Below are positions 30,446-41,180 of a stretch of 64,000 nt of DNA, in pieces. The stretch lies in contig OZ037766.1 in the NCBI GenBank assembly GCA_964035545.1, forward strand, positions 8,422,722 through 8,486,721, given 5' to 3'. The position numbers and the translations under genes are program-made. Each line of letters starts with the position of its first letter. The first letter of the stretch is position 1. A model generated the notes under the pieces. The model did not search any database, had not been told where the DNA came from, and worked only from the letters and a program-made list of their open reading frames with translations. Source of the stretch: Bugula neritina. Taxonomy: Eukaryota; Animalia; Bryozoa.

Positions 30446-30589
30446 GATGAAACTGTGAGAAAGTGTGAAAGAATGAGTTCTACTACTGAGCCGAGCACTT
30501 AATTTTAAGAGTAAGTCAGTTGTTAAGTGGCTTAGAAATCTGGTGCAGTTTCAACATACACACTATCACTATACCTAAATCCAACAATA

Positions 30590-32280
30590 GTCAAACTAAA
30601 ACGTGTTTTATGCTATTACTATTTTAATTTAAATTTCAATTTGCAATAAAAACTTTTCTTATTTTACTTATAGTTTGAGTTTCAGTCTGTTTTTAATTCA
30701 ACTAACCAAATTTGAATAATTAAAAACCATGTGAATACGTATATACAATATTACTCAAATAATATTAGTAGTATAAGTATCAGTATTACCTATTCGTATT
30801 GGCTATTTAATTGTTATTATGACTACAATTAAGTTTAACTAATAAAGAACTACTATAAGTATAACTATAACTACAAGTATAAGTATAACTATTAGTATTA
30901 CTACTACTATACTACTACTACTAGTACTACTATTAGTATTAGACTTACTCTTAGTATTAGTATTACTATTACTATTAGTAATACTGTATTAGTATTACTA
31001 TTAGTATTACTATAAGTATTACTATTAGTATTACTATTACTAATAGTAATAGTAATAGTATTACTATTAGTATTAGGCTAGGACTACGACAGAGATCGAA
31101 AACTGAAAGTGTACACAAGAATACTTACACTAAAAATACTACGCAAGTCTTATTAAATCTATAGTTTTCATGAAAAACATTTCTACTACGGCTAAGCTCT
31201 TTTATTGAGCTTCAACTATGATTACAACTTTGAGTTTTACTTTGCCTGTAGGTACTACTAGTGATCGGAAGTCTAGCCTTAAAATATGTTGTCAGAAAGT
31301 AATAGTAGCATAACTGTGTAGTATAGAAAAACCGTTTTATTGATCTCAACAGAAACGCGAAGTACTAGAAAAAAAGCTATTCTAGCTATTCCAGTTTGTT
31401 CTTAACATCTTTTCCGCAAGTTAGCAACGTTTCAGATGAGCTTCAAATGAACTTAAAAATAAATAGCAAAGCCATGTTGCACTTGTGTTTTGATAGTCAT
31501 TGTTAATTATAGCTGATGATAAAAATATTATAATATTTTGTTGCTATTGTATGTTGCGCAATTCTATACTCATAAATATTCAAAATGATATAATTATATG
31601 TCTTGAGCTTGAAAATCTTTTAACTAATACTAATACTAATAGTATTAGTATTAGTTAAAAGATTTTCAAGCTCAAGACATATATCATTTTGAATATTTAT
31701 GAGTATAGAATTGCGCAACATACAATAGCAACAAAATATTATAATATTATAATATATTATATTATAAATTATATTATAATATAAATTATATTAGTAATAC
31801 TAAGTTAATAGTTATAGACTATAGTTAAAAATAACTATAAATATAAATTTTACTATTAGTATTAGTATTACTTTTAGTGTTATATTAATAGTTAGTATTC
31901 TATTGGTATTGCTGTATTACTATTACTATTAGTATTAAATTTAGTTTTACTGATTTACATTGCTTACTTAGTATGACTTAGTATCACTCTGTTTTACACA
32001 ATTAGTTAGTGTAACAGCTACGCCTACTGTAAGTGCTAGTCCTAGAGTCTAGACTGTAACACTAACAGTAACTTTGGGTAGCAGTAATACTGTAACTATT
32101 ATGCTTACTCTGACTAAGATTAATTCTTGGAGTTAGTATAACAGTAAGACTAAGAAAATTACTCAAAGTCAGGCTCACTGTAAAAGTAACAGTAACATAA
32201 GAGTAAGAGTAACTGCAAGTCACTTAGTGCTGCTGTTATTCTTGCAATTAGTAATTGTTTTAGTCTTCCTGTTACACTAG
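30590..32280. promoter_or_regulatory. Divergent (head-to-head) promoter region HR96-like / TSR3, with a central core flanked by A-N-T periodic low-complexity tracts
   Basis: Genes point away from this region. Minus-strand GTAAGT donor at 31128; plus-strand acceptor at 32279-32280 just before the TSR3 ATG. ANT-rich tracts at ~30590-31080 and ~31750-32280. Confidence 0.55.
31524..31748. repeat. Long near-perfect palindrome (arms 114 and 108 bp, 3-nt centre)
   Basis: 31524-31637 is the reverse complement of 31641-31748 apart from one 6-nt indel. Confidence 0.95.
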
Positions 32281-32302
32281 CTCCAAGACTACATGAAAAC
32301 AA

Positions 32303-35300
32303 ATGGGAAAAAGTAAAGCTCAGGCTAAAAGAAATCACAATTCCAGATTTGTTTCAAGGTAAGAAATATTTTTCGAAGTTGTTCATAATTGGTTTATTTG
32401 CTTAGGATAATAAACAGCCTTCGTTCAAGTGTTTTTAAACAACTAATAAAGTGTTTTTATATAAAAAAAAACTATAAAATTGTAAATAAAAAAAACTCAA
32501 AAGAAATGGTGACATTTCATAATGCTGAAAAAGTCTTCACAGCTATAACACTCGGGAATATAAAATTTCGGCAATTTTGTTAGGTTTTTCGAAAAAAGAA
32601 TTTTTTAATGCTGTGTTTCTTTTTATATAGTTATTTTAGAGTTGTGTTTTATAAATTTGTGAATACATTTTGCTTGCAATTGCATATATGCCTTATTCCT
32701 AAAATAAAATAACTTGACTATGAGAAGCTTATGGAATTGAAAATTGTTCGATTTCTTAGCAATGCAAGATTTGAAGCTTTACCATTGCAAATAGTATCAT
32801 GTGAATATTTTTATTTTAGGGAGCATTTAGAATGTCCAAGAAAGGAAGCTGGAGATGATGGTACGTTTTCAATTATTGTGGCTAGCAAAACTTTTGTAAA
32901 TTTAACTCTTGTTGGATAATAAATTTAAGTTGACATCACTACATATTAATTTAACCTTTCACCATCAAGTTTATTTTGCCAGTAAGTTTTATGACTTTCT
33001 ATTCAGCAGACGAAGATGAAGAAGCTAAGCATCAAACTATTCCATTTCCAGTAGCAATGTGGGATTTTCAACACTGCGACCCTAAAAAATGTACGGGAAG
33101 AAAACTTTATCGACACAAGAAAATTAAAGTGCTGAAATTGACTGAGAAGTTCAAAGGAGTTGTGCTCACTCCAGTTGGCTCACAGTGTGTGTCACCAGCT
33201 GATAAGTATGTCTGCTGAGGATTATTGAATTTCCATACTTTAAATTCAGATAATCAAATGAAGGACGATCTAAAACTGTTGAACAGTTGTAGCCCTGTAA
33301 TTAAAAGTCTAGGGCGACACATGTTGGACTAGGCTAATGGGTCAGATCTGGGCATGTTTGGAAGTAATGTCAGAATGTCATCTGGCTATAAGTACTTCTC
33401 CGTTAGCACCCCCAAACCATTACCAACATAGTTTTAGTTCGCTTCCCATCTAAAAACCTATATGGAGGAGGTTCACAGAGATTGTGATTGCAAGCCAATG
33501 TAAACTTTTAATGCTGCTTATATATGATAATTTTACTTTCAATCATATTGACTTAATATGTATATTATAACATTTACTTTGGGTGCTAGATGAATTTATA
33601 CTTACAGGCACTATTTAATTTTTCAATTAATTGTTTAATGTTATGTGAATTTCAGAGATATCATTTTACAACATGGCGTTGCTGTTGTGGACTGCTCATG
33701 GGCAAAGTTAGATGAAACTCCGTTTTCTAAAATGAAAGTTGTGCAACCTCGCCTTTTGCCTTACCTTGTTGCGACAAATCCGATCAACTATGGCAAGCCC
33801 TGCAAGCTATCTTGTGTAGAAGCTTTGGCCGCCACTCTTTCATTGGCTGGTAAATAATTCTCAAACTGTTAAAATGTTTGTTATGCTAATGATCGTTTTC
33901 GTTTTTGCAACTATATAGGACATTGAAACTTTGCCAAGTAATTGATAGTGCTATTGCAGGCAACAAACCGTCTTGCTAACATTTATCAGTTATACAATAT
34001 GTTTTAAAGCAATTTTTCTAGTTTTATGTACTTGACATGAATCATGATGAGCCTTCAATTTCATGGGTAGTTCAAAGTGGCATCATTTAGGAAATGAGTC
34101 AATTTTTTGGAGGTTCCCTTTAAACGGTACACTTCTAGTTGAAACTATATAACTTAATTCCTATAAGCATTGTATTCTTTTGTCAATGTTCAACACTACT
34201 GTTTGAGTACATCTTTTTTCCATGACAGCGGAAATATGAGACATGCTAATTCTGTTGTCGACACTAAAAATATATTATACGGCTTAGGAAAAGGAAATTA
34301 TCTAAAAAAGATCATTCAACCTTATATAATGCATTTATGGGACATTTTTTCTCATGGCATTAATTCTGGTACACATAATATAATAAATCCCAAAACTTTA
34401 ATTATATAAAAACATGTTAGATAGTGGAGGACCTTTTATTTATATTGATTTCTACCAAATTTTGATAAGTTCAATTCGCCTTTTAAATCAATATATTTCA
34501 TGTTTTCTGACTCAAATAAACTGTATCAATTCTGTTTGTAGCAAGCAATTGTTGCTAACAGTATTATATAATATTTATTTTATAATTACTTTAGTATCAA
34601 ATGATTTTACAAAAGAAGTTGTCAAAATTGACATTTTTAACTAAAATATTTAATTTTTAAGTTTAGATATAATTGGCTGGGATTTTATTGACAAACTGTC
34701 TTGCTAACATTTATCAGTTGTACAATATAACTTATATACTTATAATATAACAATATTTACTTTATACATTGTTAACTTTACATTATTAATACCAACTAAT
34801 TCAAAAACTATTTAAAAATCCTTAAATTCTGCACCTTACTATGTGTATCTCATTTTCATCTCTCATGCTTTTAATATTTATATATATATCCTAAACTTCT
34901 TGCCAGTGCTTCAGCTATTCATTCCATGCATGGGGTATTGACTTTTATAAAATTCTGTTAGAAATGAATTATAATTTCTAATTCCATCCAATATACTATT
35001 GAAGGTCTAGAAGAATATGGAGAGATGCTAATGAGCTGTTTCAAGTGGGGTCATGCCTTCTACTCAGTGAACAATGAGTTACTACTCAAGTACAAAACAT
35101 GTTCCAGCAGTGCAGAAGTAGTGGCCACCCAAAATACTTATCTCAATGAAATAGACTCTAAGACTGAAACTGATGACAGAGGTATGACTCATCTAAAAGT
35201 TCATTACAAATTCTGGGTTGGAACTTTCTATTGAACTGTAACATAGTTTACTTTAGAGTGTAAAGCAATTAAAATTGAGCAGTGCTATGAGACTTATTTA

Positions 35301-35991
35301 ATATGTAGCATAATCGTGACCTATTACAAGTGAAGTATTTTGAGAAATGATGAATAATTTCACTTATACCAAAGTTGCTCAAATGTCTATGGTGTATTTT
35401 GTAGATCCATTTGATATACCAGACAGTGACGAGTCTGGCGAAATGCATTATAATCCCAATAGAATGGTTGGACAACTCCCTTCAAGGTAGACAGTAATAT
35501 AATACTCATGAAAAAACACCAAATTTTATTTTTAAATTCATATTAAATAATATTTACTAGAAGATTGTATAATCATCACGTTGTTATTTAGAAGATTATT
35601 ATAAGACACATTGAAAATATAAATAACTTTAGCATGATTCCAAGCCCAATTTCTAACTAAAATCCGAATTTGTTTCGTAAAGAGCAGATAACCTCACAAT
35701 AACACTCTTCTTTTTAAAGATATAATTATGTTGGTTTGTGTATACATATGACCTCAGCACAAGATGCTTTGCTCACCCTTATGTGATTATGCCATAAATA
35801 TCTGCACTTCTTAATCCTAAACATCAATGTCTTGTAGTGATTCTGAATCTGAATCCACTGACGAAGAATCAGAAGAAGATCCTTTACCATCACTGAATGA
35901 ACTTGAAATCGGGGATAATACAAGCTCTCCATGTGACGAAACCACAGCATCTGGATTTACAAAGTGCACAAAAAACTTGACACCTTCTTAA
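32303..35991 (+). CDS. TSR3: 18S rRNA aminocarboxypropyltransferase TSR3
   Basis: Exons 32303-32358, 32820-32860, 33007-33205, 33656-33849, 35005-35181, 35405-35486 and 35838-35991 splice in frame. Motifs [62 protein letters not shown]; acidic C-terminal tail. Confidence 0.95.
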
Positions 35992-36112
35992 CTTAGGTTA
36001 TTGAGAAAGCTGTTGTTTTATATTTTTCAACAAATTACATCATATTTTCAACCTGTATAAAAATATATAATTTATATTACTGTACATAGAATTTATTGTT
36101 GGTACAAAAATA

Positions 36113-37398
36113 CAGCACTGGCAAAAGTCTGGAATATACTGCTTTTAAACAAAGTTTTGAACTGTTGGCTATATTTAATGTACCCTAGCAAAATTAGAGT
36201 TGCGTTTTCACTGTATATCTTTACAGTCTGTTACTCTATGCACCAAGACATTATGTCATAACATTGAGTCTTGCATAGTGTCCAACACTCATTTTTTTGG
36301 AAGGAACAGCTAGACAGCATCATTGAGCTTTCACCAAAGGAAAGAGCAGTGCTGGAGCAAAATTAATTAGTCTGAGAGGCTTGAAACAAATAGAAGCAAG
36401 ACAGATACAGCTTCAAGTTAAGACATTGAAAAAAACCAATGGACATCTCAGTCATGAACACAAGAGCCAAACCCAACTTGGCAGGCTATCTAAGGTTAGC
36501 CCACAGGATCTGCAGGTCTCAGCATCTAATGAATAAAGACCCGATCATCCCTTCACCAGATGTTATTTCATCACTAAATATAACTGATAAAGGTGTCAGC
36601 ATAAACTCTTAGGTATCATGCTCAAAAGATGTTGAACCTTAAAGCTTATGAAGCAAGTGTAAGTTGATGATGTCGGCTAAAAACAATGCTGACTGTCTTG
36701 TCTTCAGTCAGAAGTATAAGTATGTATTGGTCACCTGAGAACTGGGGAAAAAGTTATGTTTAGTGATGAGGTTAAAGTAGTGCAGTTCTGTGGAGCAAGA
36801 ACATTTGTGCACCTTTCTCAGTCATGGTCTGGGGATGCATTGCTTTCAAGAGGAGGGTACCACTATTACAGCAACACTGGACCTAGAGATTCTGAAAAAG
36901 AAACTGGGCCCTTTCATGAATATTTTAGATTGTGATAGACTCCAGCAGGATGGAGCACTTGTGCATACTGCAAAAGCTAAGTCATGGCTAAAGGCTAGTA
37001 AGATCAAGGTGTTGGACTGGCTGGCAGCAACCAGGATCTTGATATGGAAAACTGCTGACCCATTTCGAAGTAGGAAGTGGCTAAAAAATACTTCTAAATT
37101 ATAGTGACTTGGTAACGAAGGTGAAAGGTGTTTGAGTGAAGAGCATCACACCAGAGTACTGTGAGAAGCTTGCCAAGTTTTTTAAGAACAAGGGCTGTGA
37201 CACCAAATGCTCATTAGTGACTAAATGGCAACATCTAATGTCAATGATATCCAAAATTCCGAATACCATGTATTTTACTGCTTTGCTAAATTGGTTGCTG
37301 TAAAAGTGTCTAAAACTAATAAAAAAAACAACAAATATTTCTCAAAACTAAAATTGTTGAGTTTTTAATTGAACATTCCAAACTTTTTGCCTGCACTT
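36113..37398 (+). mobile_element. Degenerate Tc1/mariner (Tc1-like) DNA transposon, ~1.29 kb
   Basis: TA-flanked imperfect TIRs (CAGCACTGGCAAAAGTCTGGAAT at 36113; ATTCCAAACTTTTTGCCTGCACTT ending 37398). Broken transposase motifs: KVMFSDE, SVMVWGCI, LQQDGALVHTA...WL, VLDW, KGCDTK. Confidence 0.85.
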
Positions 37399-37503
37399 TA
37401 AACACTAATTACTGGAAAGCGCAAACAGATTTTTGGTAAAATATCATAAAAAGTGAATGAAATACTACATCTTTGCTAGATAACAAAGTAAGGTTATTAT
37501 ATT

Positions 37504-38853
37504 TTAGAGCGTTTTAGGCACGCTGGCTATTATTGGCTTAGGAAGATCACTAAATATTATCTTTCTTTTTATAATTGAGGTCACATCATAATAGTTCTGT
37601 AGCATATTGTCCTTGCAACTTTCACTATCCATTACAGCTTGTTTGGATTTCCTGATGACAGCTAATGGCTTTTCAAGTTTTGCTATTTTTCCATGGAGTA
37701 TGTGATGACCAATTATCATTATAGGCTTGTTCTAAAAAAAACATCACAATAAAACATAAAATATTTTTCTGTTGAATATTAAAGAAACCTAATGACTAGC
37801 TAACTTGGTTTAGGCAGACTATTTCATTCATGAGTACATAATAGTACATTGCACTATGACCCAGGAGACAGCATGCAGTTGTTGGGGTTAGAGCCCTTAC
37901 AACACCAATTCACACAGAAGTGCGCTTATCTGCTACATTACCAAGCCAATCCCAAAAAATATGAAAGCTGGACAGTAGGTTTGTTAAGAGCTCACTCCAA
38001 CCTTTCAGCCTAAATAATACAACAGGCACAAAAGTGCTAGCAATGTAGCTGATGGGGCCCATTGAGTAAACTAGTGTTTAAACCCATCTACCAACATTGT
38101 ATTATCTCCATAACAATATAATTAGTGAAAGCAAATTATATTTGTTTTAAAACTCGGATAATAAATAAGCTTCCAACACTGTAGATTAGCAAAATACTTG
38201 TGTTTTATCAGTTATACTGCATGTGAATAACTGGTTAGCAGAGGCAACTAGTGTGATACCCTGTAATACAATTTAAAATGGTTCCTAATGCATTAATGGT
38301 TTGTGTATTAGGTTATATTGGTTAACATCACTCCACTTTATTCATTTAACAACGCAACTTCCCTACACTATTTCATAACTAAACAAAGATTTTCAAATTT
38401 CTCAATATTCTCATTTTACTATAACAGTAACCAATCAATTATCACTCTAAATAAAAACAACTTGCATGGAAAGTGTTCATCATACACAGCATACCTAATA
38501 TATTTTTCAAACTGTACTGTATTAAAACTCTTGCAAATATATAATGTAAAGTTTTATGCTTGATCAACGACAGAAATGCAGAAAAATAAAGGTTAATTTG
38601 TACCAACTTACTTCATTTGTGAATACTAAATTGCCAATAAATTTACCATCTAGACCTCCCTCAACTCTAGATTGTAATTCTCCTTGCAGCTCTATAATAA
38701 CAGTTTCCTGCTGGTCCGTATCAGTAGTTCTTTGGAACAATCAAAATAATTCAATTAAATATAACATTAGTGACATGTAGTTCGTGGAATATTACTATTA
38801 GCATAATATGTTGCATCAATATATGGTACTTACTTCCCAATAGTCAGAAACAT
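37504..38853 (-). CDS. CHTF8: Chromosome transmission fidelity protein 8 (Ctf8)
   Basis: Exons 38853-38834, 38729-38612 and 37731-37504 give MFLTIGK...VIIELQGELQSRVEGGLDGKFIGNLVFTNENKPIMIIGHHILHGKIAKLEKPLAVI...IIKRKIIFSDLPKPII, the Ctf8 signature. Confidence 0.93.
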
Positions 38854-38884
38854 TTTAATTCTCCACAAGGGTTTACAGATTTTT

Positions 38885-41170
38885 CTACAATATACAGTAT
38901 AGTTAAGCTAAATTTAAATGCTTTTTATAAACTTTAAACCTTACACACATACACCCAAAGTTCAAATGTTTACTATTAGTATTATCAACATAATATTATA
39001 TTATACTCTTCATATAATAGGAAAAACAATAGTTAATACTTATACTAACAGTAATTTATAATTATAAATATAATATTAATAATAAGAATAATAATACAAA
39101 TAGCAACACTAATACTAATAGAGTAGCTGTCATGATGATAATGGATTAAGGAATTAATTAGTCGTATCCATTAGCCTTAGGCATTATGATTATGACTTTT
39201 TACTTTCTTAGTTTTTAGTGGTTTATAAAATTTAATTATTAATGATTGAATGGAATAGTAGAACTAGAATATAGTTGACTTATACTTATAGTTAATGTTA
39301 TTACTACTCATACTCATACTGGGTATATCATATAAAACTTATGAGATATTAATATAGTTAGTATTAGTATTAGTATTACATTTAATTTCATACTCATTCA
39401 TAGTCATTGATAAAACTCATTTTTACAGTTAAATGCTAATGAAATTCAAATCGAAATTTGAATCCAAGCAATTGAATTTGAATTATTATAAATATAACTA
39501 TAAACATAATTAATATTATTATTAATAGTAATTACTAATTAGTAATAGATTAATACTAATAGTATTCAGTATGAGTATCAGTATGAGTATTGGTGCATTA
39601 CTGATTCACTCTTACTCTTAGTCTTAGAGTTAGTAGAAAATCGCGACGAACATACCTCTGTCAGTGTCTTCGGACGTGAATTACCACAATTTAGTCTTAT
39701 TAACTTTTATATTTATAAGTGTTATCACGATGCTCTTAATTTTACGAGGTTGGTTGGTAATTTATGGTAACTCTATAATTATATTTAATTCAATACTACT
39801 ACTTACTACTTAGTCTTACGGCAGTATAGTCACATTAACATGTGTCTCTAGTTTAACCGCTTAAAATAGTTGACCAATAATGGTTGAGGTAAATTTTATA
39901 AAAATAGTCCAAATTCATTACTTGCAGACAAAAAGCATACATTCTTGAAGTCAAGGACATTGAACTACACTACGTGTGCCTTACAGCTATTAAAATGCGT
40001 GCAACGGGCATGGTCATTTTAATAGCCCAAGTCGAAACCGAAACTTTCAGTCATAAACGAAAGGGTTGAATTAATATTACACTTATAGTGTTACTATTAG
40101 TTTACTCAACTTTTTATTGTCATGCTATATACGTATACTTGTTTAGTTTTAGTGAATATATTAATAATAGCTATTGTAGTAATAATTCATAGTCGTAATC
40201 ATTTAAAATTAATCATAATGTAAATGATAATGATAATATTAATATTATTATTAATAATATTTATTAATAAATATAATAATCATAATCAATCCAATGAGAA
40301 TGATATTCATATTGATAATCTAAATCATTAAATCTAATGTAATTGTATAAGTTAAAGTATAACATTAAGTTCAACAATAACTATAACATTATCATTATGA
40401 TTAATTTATAACTAGAAGCTTAAAAATAAAATAATAGTTATAGTTGCTTAATCCAAATTCTGAAATTGTTTAACTTTTCTTATTTCTAAGACTAATAATT
40501 ATAATATTAATTATGATGTTAATAATTTAATATTGATAATAAGTTAAATTATAAAATTAAATATAATATCAAATTTAATAATAAAAAAAGTCAAAATATT
40601 TATGATTGTCATTATAATTATCATTATGATTACCATGATCATAATGATATTCATGTAATGGTAACCATAATCGATAATGAATGATAATGATAATCAAGTG
40701 ATTAATCATGATTACATAAAAGTTAGAGCTAAAACTAAAAGTAAAGCCAGATAAAATTCCTTTTCGTCTTTAGTGTGATAGACCGATAGTGATTCTAATT
40801 GAAATGGCAACACTAAATCACTAAAGCTATTAGTATAAGTAATACTAATTGCCTATAAATACAGGTGTAAGTAGTAAGTAGTTAACTATAAGTATCAGAC
40901 AAAGTTAAACTACTAGTAGTAGTAAGCTCAAGACAGAGACTAAAGAGCAAGATGATATTTTAGTTTCAATTTTATTATTGTGATAAATATTTCATAGTGA
41001 TACTGGCTGTGATAATGATTATTTTAATGATTTTAAATTTATAATTTCAATTTGGTTTCACTGTGTAGTTTATTTAATTTTTGACCGAAAATAAACTACT
41101 ATTGTTTTTAATTCATTCTTATTTTGTTCAATTCTATTTTAGGCTAGCATAATATTGTTATTATTTAGTG
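38885..41170. promoter_or_regulatory. Divergent promoter region CHTF8 / UTP4, with a central core (~39640-40080) flanked by A-N-T periodic tracts
   Basis: Head-to-head genes. Minus-strand donor GAG|GTATG at 39655 and acceptor at 38886-38885; plus-strand acceptor at 41167-41168, 12 nt before the UTP4 ATG. Tracts at ~38970-39635 and ~40085-41170. Confidence 0.55.
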
Positions 41171-41180
41171 CACAGCAAAA

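Noticed and set aside
33257-33450. Imperfect terminal inverted repeats in a TSR3 intron (possible MITE)
   Set aside because: TIR match is short and degenerate with no clear TSD; needs a copy-number search
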